Source of the DNA: Polyangiaceae bacterium
Lineage (GTDB): Bacteria > Myxococcota_A > Polyangia > Polyangiales > Polyangiaceae
DNA: 64,000 nucleotides
Direction of reading: 5' to 3'
Assembly (NCBI GenBank): GCA_050287085.1
Contig: JBNKBE010000015.1
Location: 96,001-160,000 of the forward strand
The stretch's first letter is position 1. Every line of letters begins with the position of its first letter. The notes under the pieces were generated by a model. That model had not been told where the DNA came from and did not search any database. It saw only the letters and a list, made by a program, of their open reading frames with translations. The translations under genes were made by a program, and so were the position numbers. Positions 39,729-49,366 of this stretch are shown here, in pieces.

Positions 39729-41021
39729 TCAGAGAGTCTCGACGAAACGGATGAGCGTTTGCTGCTCTGCGTCAGACAATGCTTCGAAGGCCCGCACGGA
39801 CCCGTTGGCTTCTGAGCCTTCTGACGCATGGGCAGCGATGGCCTGACGTACGGTCTCTGCGCGCCCGTCGTGCATGAAGCTCTTGAGCAAACGGATCCCC
39901 ATCAAAGGCGCGGTTCGCCACTCATCACCGCGGGCACTTCCGTCTTCCATCCCGTCGGCGAGGTCAACGCCCATCGAATGAAGCAACATGTCGGTGTAGA
40001 TGGCAACTGGACCGGCAGCCCAGGCCGCGATCGGGTAGTCGGGATCGGTGGCCAACTCGGGCACGTGGCACACCGCGCACTTGGTCTCCGCAAAGAGCTT
40101 CGCGCCGTCGTCGCTTGCTGGACCGCGACTGGGGATCCGGAGCAGCCTGGTGTAGTCCCCAATGTCATTGACGAGCTTCAAGTCGACGTCGACGCCAGTC
40201 CGCTCGTCGTCCTCTGCGCCCGCTGGATTGGGCAGCTCTTCCGGCCGGAGCGGCGAGGTCATCCCCATGTCCCCCTGCAGAGCGTCTGCCGCAAACTCGT
40301 CCAGAGTCGCAATGCGCGCTTTGAGACCGAATCGCCCGATCAGTCCCTCTTGCCCTGGCTTGAAGTGCTGAAACTCCGAGTCCGTATTGGCTTCCGAGGC
40401 GTAGCGGACGCGATTGATACGTCCGGAAATCCCGTCGCTGCGCTTCGCCTGCTCTGCTTCGAGCCGTTCTATCTCCTCGGCGGCCACCGCCTCCATCGCG
40501 CCGCGGCCGAATACGGCGGGCCCTAGCCTTGACGTCACCAGCAAGCCGGGAACATCGTCCTCCGGTAGATCGATACCCGCGTAGACCTCGGGTGCAATCG
40601 ACTGCGGGCGTACGGTATGGCCAAATGGAAACGCGCTTTGATCCGCCGCGGGCGTCCATCCGTCGTCGTCAACTCGAATCATCTTGCGGACGGCGCCGGG
40701 CCCGCGGGCGTCGTCTGCGTGACAGGACGCACACGAATGACGAATGTAGACCGGACCGAGCCCCTGCGCCGGCCGAAATACCGTCTCGAACCCAACGTCA
40801 CCCGCGTCAAAACGCTTCATCCACTCGCCGCTCAACGCCGGAAGCGGATTGTCCGACGGATCCTCCGATACCAAGGTGATCCCGTCGAGAGCGCTCGACC
40901 CGGCATCCGGGCCAGCGTCCGCGTTTCCGGTGCCGGTGGGGGCCCCGAGCGGGCCAGACGCGTTGCAGGCCGCGAGCAAGTGACAGGCGGATAGAGAGAG
41001 CGTTAGCCCCAATCGGGTCAT
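39729..41021 (-). CDS. Di-heme oxidoreductase (DHOR) family lipoprotein
   Basis: Lipobox LAAC; GLGP..SCASCH, GRFGLKA, CAVCH, YTDMLLH, EWRTAPLMG, HDGRA. Confidence 0.9.
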   Translation of the reverse strand: MTRLGLTLSLSACHLLAACNASGPLGAPTGTGNADAGPDAGSSALDGITLVSEDPSDNPLPALSGEWMKRFDAGDVGFETVFRPAQGLGPVYIRHSCASCHADDARGPGAVRKMIRVDDDGWTPAADQSAFPFGHTVRPQSIAPEVYAGIDLPEDDVPGLLVTSRLGPAVFGRGAMEAVAAEEIERLEAEQAKRSDGISGRINRVRYASEANTDSEFQHFKPGQEGLIGRFGLKARIATLDEFAADALQGDMGMTSPLRPEELPNPAGAEDDERTGVDVDLKLVNDIGDYTRLLRIPSRGPASDDGAKLFAETKCAVCHVPELATDPDYPIAAWAAGPVAIYTDMLLHSMGVDLADGMEDGSARGDEWRTAPLMGIRLLKSFMHDGRAETVRQAIAAHASEGSEANGSVRAFEALSDAEQQTLIRFVETL

Positions 41022-41099
41022 AGCGGTTTCTTTGCGGGGACGGAGCAGTATTGCAGAAGTTGGGTTGGCCATGGATCTCACTCAGAGCTTATTGTTCTT

Positions 41100-41118
41100 G
41101 CGAAGCACTTTCAATAAC
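41100..41118 (-). promoter_or_regulatory. Weak Fur-box-like site in the divergent intergenic region
   Basis: GTTATTGAAAGTGCTTCGC, 11/19; shares the TGAAAGT core with the 39665 site. Confidence 0.3.
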
Positions 41119-41245
41119 GCCATACGAGTGGTGTGGCTGTCAAGGACGAGAAAGAACTCGGCAGATTCTGCGCATGTCAGGCGTACTGTTACCGTGTAAG
41201 CTCCAATTCGAGCTTCTCGGCGCCGAGCTGATTCGGCCCCTTGAG

Positions 41246-41264
41246 GAAAATGCAAATCATGAGA
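41246..41264 (+). promoter_or_regulatory. Fur-box-like site overlapping the FMN-binding gene start
   Basis: GAAAATGCAAATCATGAGA, 13/19. Confidence 0.4.
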
Positions 41265-41807
41265 CGGAACCTTCTTGTTGTCCTATTGCTCACCTGCGTT
41301 GGACTTAGCTCGCCCGCTTTCGGCAAGGTGTACTTCACGGTCAAGCAGCTGTTAGGGCAGCACTTTCACGATGCCAGTCGCGTCACATTCCGGCGCATTC
41401 CGGTGACTGGAGCCCTCAAAGCCACCCTGGAGCGACGCTTGGCTCGGACGGGATTGAAGAACGAGTACGTCGTCTATGTGGCCCTGCGCGGTGATGATGC
41501 TCTCGGATACGCCGTATTCGATCAGGAACTGGGTTTGCACGAGAAGATCGACTTCGCGACTTTCTTCGATGAGCGTGGCGTGATCACGCGAGCCGAGGTT
41601 GTCGCCTATCGCGAGGGACACGGTGCTGAGATTCGTCGCGACAGCTTCCGGCGCCAATTCGTAGGACGAAGCGCGAAATCGGGCTTTCGGGTGGGAACCG
41701 ACATCGACTCCATCAGTGGCGCCACCATCTCCTCCGAGTCGATGAGTCGCGCCGTCGAGCGCGCGGCCGTGCTGCTCGAAGTGGGGGTGCTAGCCGAGCA
41801 ACCATGA
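41259..41807 (+). CDS. Exported FMN-binding protein (RnfG/NqrC-type flavinylation motif)
   Basis: Signal peptide; 'YREGHGAEI...FRRQF', 'IDSISGATISS'. Confidence 0.88.
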   Translation: MRRNLLVVLLLTCVGLSSPAFGKVYFTVKQLLGQHFHDASRVTFRRIPVTGALKATLERRLARTGLKNEYVVYVALRGDDALGYAVFDQELGLHEKIDFATFFDERGVITRAEVVAYREGHGAEIRRDSFRRQFVGRSAKSGFRVGTDIDSISGATISSESMSRAVERAAVLLEVGVLAEQP

Positions 41808-42382
41808 GAGACTTCGAACGGTCGAGTCGACTGAGCCGGCTCCCCACCACCGCCCGGCTCGTCTATTCTGGTTTTCTTGTCTACACGCTCGCGGCGTTGG
41901 CCGTCACGGTGTGGTTGACGGATAGCGTCGTCGGTTTGCGTCTCGAGCGCGTCTCCGAATACTACGCGGGCGCGGCGCCCGCCTCCGGACCGACGCCAAG
42001 GGATACAACGGAGGAGGCCGGCCCCACCCTAGACCTCCCGGAAGACGTCGCCTCGACAGCAACGCCAGCGGTAGAGCCCAAGCCATTGCGCTCCGTTCTA
42101 GAGGTAACGCATTTTCACCTGTTTACTATGCCGCTCTATTGGATGGTCTTAGCCCATCTCTACGCGCTTGCGCGTGCTCACCGTGGCCAGGCGTGGGTCA
42201 TCACGATAGCGGGCCTATCCGTTGGCGCGCATCTGCTTGCGCCGTGGTTCGCGCGTAGCGCCCTGCCAGGCGCCAAGCTCTACTACGCCGCAAGCGGGCT
42301 ATGCCTGGGGGTGAGCTTCTTGTGGATGGCGGTGGTCGCGCTGGCTGACCTCTGGCGTCCTACTAGCAAAGCGCGCACTTGA
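41804..42382 (+). CDS. 4-TM His-rich membrane protein of unknown function
   Basis: ATGA overlap with the FMN-binding gene; 'LEVTHFHLFTMP','LAHL','GAHLL'. Confidence 0.7.
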   Translation: MRDFERSSRLSRLPTTARLVYSGFLVYTLAALAVTVWLTDSVVGLRLERVSEYYAGAAPASGPTPRDTTEEAGPTLDLPEDVASTATPAVEPKPLRSVLEVTHFHLFTMPLYWMVLAHLYALARAHRGQAWVITIAGLSVGAHLLAPWFARSALPGAKLYYAASGLCLGVSFLWMAVVALADLWRPTSKART

Positions 42383-42412
42383 TGCCCTGGGTGCCGCGCT
42401 AGCACTTCGGCG

Positions 42413-43828
42413 CTAACCCCAAAGCCGACGTAGCCCCTGTGACAATTGCTCGCGACTCGCCCCGGCGACGCTCAGGCGCACAAAAGCTCCGGGGGCCTCG
42501 GCTGGAAACCAAAGCCGACCGGGCGTCAACGCCACCCCGGAAGCCAGCGCCGCCTGTACAAAAGTCGCTTCATCCATTTCCGGCGCAAGCTCGAGCCACA
42601 AGCTGAAACCTCCGCTTGGACGACTTTGTAGATGGACCGGCGTTTCGTGCGTTCGCAAATATCGAACGACAAGGTCCGTGCGAGCAGCGAGCTCCTGTTG
42701 CACTCGCTGCAGGTGGCGAAGGTATGACCCCCGCGAAACGAACTCAAGCGCAGCCCATTGCATCGGTCCGGCAACGAAAAAGTCCTCGAGCAAGCGGGCT
42801 CGCTTCAGGCGCGTCATGATGGGACCACGCGCCACGATCGCCGCCACCCGCAGGCTGGGAGCCGCTGCCTTGGTCAGCGAGCGTACGTAGATCACGTGTC
42901 CGTCGTCAGCGTGGCAGAGCGGGGGCGGCGGCTGCCCCTCATGCGACAGTTCACGCGCGTAGTCGTCCTCGATGATGAACGCACCAAACTCGCGCGCGAT
43001 ACTGAGCAGCTCCTCGCGCCGCTGCAGTGCCATACTCACACCGGTAGGATTGCTGTAGGTCGGCTGGCAATAGATGACGCGCGCGCCTGAATCGAGCAAT
43101 AGAGCCCGCAGAAGATCGGTGCGCATTCCTTTGCGATCACACGGCAACGGAAATAGCTGCAGGCCCAGCGCTTCCCCCAGGGATAGCGCTCCGACATAGG
43201 TCGGGGACTCCACGATCAGACCGTCTCCGGGCTGCAGGAGCCCACGAAATATCGCACTGAGTGCCGATTGCCCCCCGGGAACGATCAATACGTCCGACTC
43301 CGAATAACTCGGGCCGAGAGCACGCGCAAACCACTGCCGCAGTGCCGGAATGCCTTCCGTTGGCACGCGCTCCCAAACGTCGCGCCGGGAGAGCGCCCGA
43401 CGCATCGCCAGGGCCAGTTCAGCATGAGCTTGCAGCGCTGAATCTGGATAACCACTACCCAATGGTAGAACCCCCGCGTGCGGCTCGCTCACCAGTTGCG
43501 CCAGATCGCGCGCCGGACTGCGCGGCCCCAGAAGCAGCGCTTGCCAGTCCAGATCGGCCGCGGAAACCGCCCTGGGAGGCGCAGCCACAAAGGTACCCCG
43601 CCCGGGTTGGGTCACGATATGCCCTTCCCCCTTGAGCTTCAGCAGCACCCGGGAAACGGTAACGGGACTTGCTCCGTAGCGGCCCACCAACTCGCGCACC
43701 GAAGGCAGGCGCTCGCCCTCCTGCGAACCGTCAATCAGTTCGCGCAGCGCCTTCTCCACTCGTTGCGCATTCGACCCTTCGGAAACGGACTCAGAACGGG
43801 CGCGTGAAGAACGTGTGGGTGGCGTCAT
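42413..43828 (-). CDS. MocR/GabR-type GntR regulator (HTH plus PLP aminotransferase-like domain)
   Basis: 'ERLPSVREL','PGRGTFV','VESPTY','NPTG','IEDD','SLTK...LRV'. Confidence 0.93.
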   Translation of the reverse strand: MTPPTRSSRARSESVSEGSNAQRVEKALRELIDGSQEGERLPSVRELVGRYGASPVTVSRVLLKLKGEGHIVTQPGRGTFVAAPPRAVSAADLDWQALLLGPRSPARDLAQLVSEPHAGVLPLGSGYPDSALQAHAELALAMRRALSRRDVWERVPTEGIPALRQWFARALGPSYSESDVLIVPGGQSALSAIFRGLLQPGDGLIVESPTYVGALSLGEALGLQLFPLPCDRKGMRTDLLRALLLDSGARVIYCQPTYSNPTGVSMALQRREELLSIAREFGAFIIEDDYARELSHEGQPPPPLCHADDGHVIYVRSLTKAAAPSLRVAAIVARGPIMTRLKRARLLEDFFVAGPMQWAALEFVSRGSYLRHLQRVQQELAARTDLVVRYLRTHETPVHLQSRPSGGFSLWLELAPEMDEATFVQAALASGVALTPGRLWFPAEAPGAFVRLSVAGASREQLSQGLRRLWG

Positions 43829-43853
43829 CGGTCAACCTGTGTTATCTGTATTT

Positions 43854-44810
43854 GTGAAAGAACATGATAACGTTATCGCAGCGCGCCGCAAAGCGTTTTC
43901 CTTGGCTGCTCTCGGAGTACTTGGCTTCAGCGGTACCATTGTCGCAACCAAGTTTGCTCTCGATAGCTACAGTCCCTGGCAGCTGACCTTCTACCGGGCT
44001 GCGCTGGCGGGGCTGCTGGCGACGATATACCTCCTGGTGCGGCCTCCAAAGGTGTGGCCTGTACGCCGCGAATGGGTGTCGCTGGCGTTCACCGCAGCGG
44101 CGATCGTGTTGGGGTTTCCGGCTCTTTCCAGCTGGGCGCTGCTCAGCGCACCGGCATCTCACGCGGCAGTCATTTTTGCGCTCATCCCCCCTTTCACCGC
44201 TGCCTTCGGAGCGCTCCGTGCCCGCGAACGCCCGACGACGCGCTTTTGGGTGGCCTCTCTCTTGGGGGCTGCTTGCGTGGCCGCCTTTTCGGTGACCCGT
44301 CACGCAGACGTTCCTAGCGCCGTGGAGCTGCAAGCTCGCCCGGGGCCGCTCGCAGCCGACCTGGTCCTCATAGCGGCGGTCTGCGTGGCCGCCTTCGGCT
44401 ACGCGGAAGGCGCTCGGGTCGCCCGCCGATTGAGCGGCGCGACAGTCATCAGCTTGTGCTTGGTACTCAGTGCTCCAATAGCCTTGGTGATCAGCGCCAT
44501 GACCCCGGAACCCCTGTTCCACCCCGACCACGTCGAGGCAATGCTCGGTCTGCTGTACGTCGGTGCTGTCAGCATGTTCGTCGCTTTCATCGCCTGGTAC
44601 AGCGGGCTCTCCGGCGCGGGTATTGCACGAGCCAGTCAGCTTCAGCTTGCACAACCTCTCCTCAGCCTGCTCTGGGCCGCGCTGCTCTTGGACGAAGCGG
44701 TTCCGCCTACGGCGTGGCTGACAACGGGCGCCGTCGTTGCCTGCATCGCAGTTTGCCTGCGGAGCACAGCTGCGTCGCCGGCCGCAGCAAGAGTGCCAGA
44801 CCCCCGCTAG
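43854..44810 (+). CDS. DMT/EamA-family transporter
   Basis: ~10 TM segments, 'LGVLGFS', 'GYAEG', 'ASQLQLAQP'; divergent from mocR. Confidence 0.9.
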   Translation: MKEHDNVIAARRKAFSLAALGVLGFSGTIVATKFALDSYSPWQLTFYRAALAGLLATIYLLVRPPKVWPVRREWVSLAFTAAAIVLGFPALSSWALLSAPASHAAVIFALIPPFTAAFGALRARERPTTRFWVASLLGAACVAAFSVTRHADVPSAVELQARPGPLAADLVLIAAVCVAAFGYAEGARVARRLSGATVISLCLVLSAPIALVISAMTPEPLFHPDHVEAMLGLLYVGAVSMFVAFIAWYSGLSGAGIARASQLQLAQPLLSLLWAALLLDEAVPPTAWLTTGAVVACIAVCLRSTAASPAAARVPDPR

Positions 44811-44860
44811 CTCGCAGGCGGGGACCCTGGGCGGCCGAAACGCTGACTGCTCAGGGCCGC

Positions 44861-45838
44861 TCAGTCATGGGCACCATCGATCCGGTAGCGCGCCAGATCT
44901 AGATGAAAGTGGTCCAGATGTCGGTTGTCGAAGTAGGGCGTCAGGACGCTTGAAAAGACGTTTTCTTCGTACGCGCGTCTAGCCAGCTCTCGCAGAAACC
45001 GGCTCTCGCGGCTGCGAGGGATCACCCGGGGAGAAAGGAAGTGTCGCCCGACACTGACGATCCGGCGGTCCTTCAGCTTGAGCGTCGCAATATCGATGGC
45101 GTTGGCATAACTATGCTCGCTGATGACCGTGCCGCCTCGTGCACGGCGGCAGCTGTAGGTTCCCAACTGCCGAATCGTCGCAACCTGGGTACCAAAGTAC
45201 TTGCTGGCAAGTTCCTGCGCCAATGCCTCAAAGCGGGCCAGCGCGAAGGCCATCCGACAGGTCACGACTGGCCGCTCGTCGTAACTTATGCCAGCGGAAC
45301 TTCCCTCGTACACGACGACCTGAGGCGCGCCGCAAAGGAAATCGTCCCCCTGTTTGCGCGTGAGCGGGAGCAACATGCGCTGAAATCGGATATTCGCAGC
45401 CTCTAGCTTCTGAAGACAGTGCTCAACCGCCGTCGGAGGCGCCACTTCCAGATCATTTCGAGGATCCAGATCTGCGAGCGTCACGCCCGGCTCCCGGACT
45501 GCCCCACTTCTAGAGTCGTCAAAGCTTCGTGGCTTGCTCGCTGCAATCGAGGCACTCGTCCCCGAAGGCCCGAGCGGTGCCCATGCAGGCGCGTGCGGAG
45601 CCTCGAAAGCCCCGCGCGAGGCGACCGCAACCACAGCGGCGGGGCCCGCTTCGCGTACTCCCAACATGCATCCAGCGAGCGGCAAGACGACCAGAAGCAT
45701 TCCGGAAAGCCGCCAGCACCACCGCTCTTGGAGCTGCCCGAGGGCGCCCTGCCGGGGACCGAAGATCGACATCATCAAACCCCTAGACCCTATCGGCCCG
45801 AACGGGGCACGTAAATGCGTGGAGGACCGTTCCACCAC
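44861..45838 (-). CDS. Extensin-like C-terminal family protein (M15-like Zn motif), probable lipoprotein
   Basis: 'GTYSCR','SEHSYANAIDI','VLTP','HLDHFHLD'; LAGC lipobox; start uncertain. Confidence 0.85.
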   Translation of the reverse strand: MVERSSTHLRAPFGPIGSRGLMMSIFGPRQGALGQLQERWCWRLSGMLLVVLPLAGCMLGVREAGPAAVVAVASRGAFEAPHAPAWAPLGPSGTSASIAASKPRSFDDSRSGAVREPGVTLADLDPRNDLEVAPPTAVEHCLQKLEAANIRFQRMLLPLTRKQGDDFLCGAPQVVVYEGSSAGISYDERPVVTCRMAFALARFEALAQELASKYFGTQVATIRQLGTYSCRRARGGTVISEHSYANAIDIATLKLKDRRIVSVGRHFLSPRVIPRSRESRFLRELARRAYEENVFSSVLTPYFDNRHLDHFHLDLARYRIDGAHD

Positions 45839-45904
45839 GTTTCACCGCGGGGTGGCCAACACTCAAACCGCCAGGCATTGCGGGCGCCACTCGCCCTGAC
45901 CCAA

Positions 45905-46405
45905 TTAGGGCCGGCGCTGACAACGAATGAGCTGCTTCGAATCGTCGCGGCAGTCGTACGTCGCGCTCCTGGCGCAGCCAGAGACCCGTACGGCGCCTGC
46001 TTTCTCCACCGCCTCGATACCCTCGCGCTTGCAGCCCACGTCGTTACTGAACTGACGAATCGCTAGCAGGCGACGGGAGCGGCACTTGGCGCCGATGCAA
46101 CGAAACGTCTCCGTGGCCCCGCAACCCTCGGTCTGCACGTAATCCACCCCCTCGATTGTGACGGGACTGGAGGTGACGTCCTCGGACGCACAGCCGTGAA
46201 ACGAAGCGTGTTTCTCCCGCGCCACGCTCTGCAGCGCGCAGCCTGACGCGCCCAACAAGAGACCCAAGACAACCCAGCGCGACTTAGCGTTGAGCCCTAG
46301 CCGCAGAAGACCGCCCCGGGCGCGAAGGCTTTGACCACGCCGCGACAACAGGTAGCGCGACGACCCATGCGCCGAATCCATACCTTGCGAAACAAGTTGC
46401 GTCAT
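45905..46405 (-). CDS. Small Cys-rich hypothetical lipoprotein
   Basis: ASGC lipobox; two repeats of C..E.....GC...T(F/Y).C. Confidence 0.6.
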   Translation of the reverse strand: MTQLVSQGMDSAHGSSRYLLSRRGQSLRARGGLLRLGLNAKSRWVVLGLLLGASGCALQSVAREKHASFHGCASEDVTSSPVTIEGVDYVQTEGCGATETFRCIGAKCRSRRLLAIRQFSNDVGCKREGIEAVEKAGAVRVSGCARSATYDCRDDSKQLIRCQRRP

Positions 46406-46817
46406 GCCTCGAGCCTAGCCCAGCGGCGCGAGATCTCGAACTCCTATTCCCAGGGGTTCACAAGGGCGCCCGAGGGCCCGCGGATGGGAAAGTCGTACTA
46501 CGCCGGTCGAGACTGACGTTCCCATCCGCGAGCCTCTACGCGGAGGTCGGCGAGGGCGCCGCAACAAGCTTCGCGAGCGAGAGCAACAAACGTCGCACCC
46601 TGGCGGACCGTCTCCCCGCAAGAACACACGTTGTCGCGGACGTTTCATGCGGGCAACGACGAAGGCCCGCGCGACGTAGCGTCGCTGCACCGGACCAACG
46701 GCGTTTCCAACAACAGCGAAGCGCCCTCGAGAAACTTTGCCCACCGCGACCACCGCGTTCAAGGTCCCGTCAACGATTTTTCGCCGTTTTCCGTATTCGT
46801 TCCCAATAGGAGTCATC

Positions 46818-47516
46818 ATGAACGCTCACTCACTGCGCCTAGTTTCAAAAGGCATTCCACTCTCTGCTCCTCAGGTGGCCTCACCCCAGTCGAATAGTGA
46901 CAACAAGAAGGCCGTACCCCGACGCGATGAGTCAGACGACAAGCTCGACTCGAGAAAAGGCGGAACTGCCAAACGAAATCCGACCTCAGACAGCGAAGCG
47001 CCAAAGAAGCCGCGCGGCCGCGCCGCAAGCGTCCACTCGAAGCGAAGCGCCGTAGTAGCAGACCTCATGACGCAGAAAGTGGTCACGTGCCGAGTTGATG
47101 ACTCGCTAAACACGGCGGCACAGCTGATGTGGGAGCACAATCTGGGTGCGCTTGTCGTGGTCGACAACGCCGGAGTCCCCGTTAGCATGCTGACCGATCG
47201 GGATATCTGTTTTGCAGCCTACACTCAAGGCGTACCGCTATGGCAAAGCGGCGTGGTCAGCGCGATGGCTCGACGGCTCACAACCTGCCGCAGCCACGAC
47301 ACAATCGAAGAGATTCGCAAGCGGATGTGTGACGCGCGGCTCCGACGTATACCCGTGGTGGACGACGACGGAGCCCTGGTCGGCATCATCTCCGTCGGTG
47401 ATCTAGCGCGAGAACTGACTGCGCCCGTCAGTCGAAGCTTCAAGCGAGCAAGCAGCGCCCAGGAGCTGGCCACGGTGGTAAGAGCCATCCATACCGCCGA
47501 AGCGAAGACGCCCTAG
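46818..47516 (+). CDS. CBS-domain pair protein with charged N-terminal extension
   Basis: 'VADLMT','AAQLMWEHNLGALVVVD','LTDRDI','RRIPVVD...GIISVGDL'; AGGAG RBS. Confidence 0.9.
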   Translation: MNAHSLRLVSKGIPLSAPQVASPQSNSDNKKAVPRRDESDDKLDSRKGGTAKRNPTSDSEAPKKPRGRAASVHSKRSAVVADLMTQKVVTCRVDDSLNTAAQLMWEHNLGALVVVDNAGVPVSMLTDRDICFAAYTQGVPLWQSGVVSAMARRLTTCRSHDTIEEIRKRMCDARLRRIPVVDDDGALVGIISVGDLARELTAPVSRSFKRASSAQELATVVRAIHTAEAKTP

Positions 47517-47648
47517 CCAACGCTGCTTTCGAACGCCTCGCTTCCGGGGTCCGCATGCCGGACTGGAGCGCGCCCGTGCCGGCGCTCGGCTCCCCCATGA
47601 GAGTCTGCTCACTTTCTTTCCCCGTTCCGATCGGGCAGACTGCGCTGC

Positions 47649-48278
47649 ATGCAGCTCCGACTCTATGGTTCACTCACGTCGCCCTATGTCCGCCGCATAC
47701 GCATCTATCTGCACGAGCGGAGTCTCGCCTATGACTGGGTCGATGCGACAACCGACGACGGGCAGGCGCAACTCCGAGCGCTGACCCCCCTCTGGAAGAT
47801 CCCAGCGCTCGAACTCGATGGTACTCCGGTCTGGGATTCGGGCGTCATTCTACAAACGCTTGAAGACGCGCTGGGACCAGGACCCCTCGGCAAGCTACCA
47901 ACCGCGCCTTCAGAGCGCAACCTGTTGACTGCCATCGACGGCGCGACGGACGCGCTCATCAACACGATGTACCTGGAGCGCGATGGAGTCAGCAGCACGG
48001 ATATCCCCTATCTGATGAAGCAGAAGGCGCGCGCCAAAGCCGCACTCGAGTGGCTGAGCGCAGGTCTAGCGACCCGCTCCAACGCCGCTTTCGGTTGGCC
48101 GGAGCTGCACGCCTGCACGGCGCTGGAATGGATGCTCTTCCGAGGCGCGTTTCCGGTAGAAAACCATGTCGACCTCCTGCGCTGTGTTCAGCGTCACGCC
48201 GCTCGGGCGAGCCTGATCGACACACGGCCTCCTGGACTGGAGCTGCAAAGCCTCGGGCTCACTGCCGTAGACTCTTGA
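47649..48278 (+). CDS. Glutathione S-transferase family protein
   Basis: 'SLTSPYVRRIR','PLWKIPAL','DSGVI'. Confidence 0.88.
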   Translation: MQLRLYGSLTSPYVRRIRIYLHERSLAYDWVDATTDDGQAQLRALTPLWKIPALELDGTPVWDSGVILQTLEDALGPGPLGKLPTAPSERNLLTAIDGATDALINTMYLERDGVSSTDIPYLMKQKARAKAALEWLSAGLATRSNAAFGWPELHACTALEWMLFRGAFPVENHVDLLRCVQRHAARASLIDTRPPGLELQSLGLTAVDS

Positions 48279-49309
48279 TGCGTCGAATCACCATCACACG
48301 CCCAGGTGGGCACGAGCAGCTCCAGCTCGAACATACGAGCGACCCAACCCCCGGGCCCGAGGACGTGGTCATCGACACCCGGGCCATAGGTGTCAACTAC
48401 GCAGATTGCGCCGTGCGTATGGGCCTCTACGCTTCCGCGGAAAAGTACGTGGGGTGGCCTATCACCCCCGGCTTCGAGTTTGCCGGCCGCGTTCGGGAAA
48501 CGGGGACCCACGTAAGCGACCTAGAGCCGGGGCAGGCCGTCTTCGGTCTGAGCCGCTTTGGTGCCTATGCGAGCTGCGTCTGTGTGCCGAGGCGGCAAGT
48601 ATTCCCCCTGCCCCCCTCCTTGAACCAGCTCGAAGGAGGTACGTTCCTTGTCGCCTTCTTGACAGCCTGGTACGCGCTCTTCGAGTGCGGAGCGCTCGCG
48701 CCAGGCAAGAAGGTGTTGGTTCATTCCGCAGCCGGCGGCGTGGGCGGCGCGGCGCTCCAACTGGCAAGGGCTGCCGGGGCCTACGTGATCGGCGTAGTCG
48801 GGGCGCCCCACAAGCTGGAGACAGCGCGCGCGCTGGGCGCGGACGTCGTCATAGACAAGAGCCGCTCCAAGTTGTGGCAGCAGGTCGCCCTAGCAGCGCC
48901 GGAAGGACTCGACATAGTCCTGGATCCAAACGGCATCGAAACGCTGCAGGCAAGCTACAACCACCTACGCCCCACGGGTCGCCTGATTGTATATGGCTTT
49001 CACACCATGCTCCGCCGGGGGGCTGCGCGAGCCAATTGGCCACAACTTGCTCTAAACTACCTGCGCACGCCCCGCTTCAACCCGCTGAGAATGACCAACG
49101 ACAACAAGAGCGTTTTGGCGTTCAATCTCTCGTACTTATTCGACGAACAATCTGCGCTCGAACGCGGGGTTGCATACTTGTCGGAGCAGCTCGAGGAAGG
49201 CTGCATTCGGCCTCTGCCCGTTGCTTCCCTGCCTCTGGCTGACGTCGCGAGCGCTCATCGGACCCTCGAATCTGGAGCGTCGACGGGCAAGCTTGCGCTT
49301 ATACCCTAG
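48278..49309 (+). CDS. MDR-family NADPH:quinone oxidoreductase (VAT-1-like)
   Basis: 'GVNYAD','PGFEFAG','VLVHSAAGGVG','STGKL'; TGATG coupling to the GST gene. Confidence 0.9.
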   Translation: MRRITITRPGGHEQLQLEHTSDPTPGPEDVVIDTRAIGVNYADCAVRMGLYASAEKYVGWPITPGFEFAGRVRETGTHVSDLEPGQAVFGLSRFGAYASCVCVPRRQVFPLPPSLNQLEGGTFLVAFLTAWYALFECGALAPGKKVLVHSAAGGVGGAALQLARAAGAYVIGVVGAPHKLETARALGADVVIDKSRSKLWQQVALAAPEGLDIVLDPNGIETLQASYNHLRPTGRLIVYGFHTMLRRGAARANWPQLALNYLRTPRFNPLRMTNDNKSVLAFNLSYLFDEQSALERGVAYLSEQLEEGCIRPLPVASLPLADVASAHRTLESGASTGKLALIP

Positions 49310-49366
49310 CCCCCACCCCATCCCATCGCACGCTTTCGCTGGGCCCCACCCAAGACAGTTCACCCC

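Noticed and set aside
46415..46819. 134-aa minus-strand ORF
   Set aside because: Occupies the likely promoter region of the CBS gene; no motif
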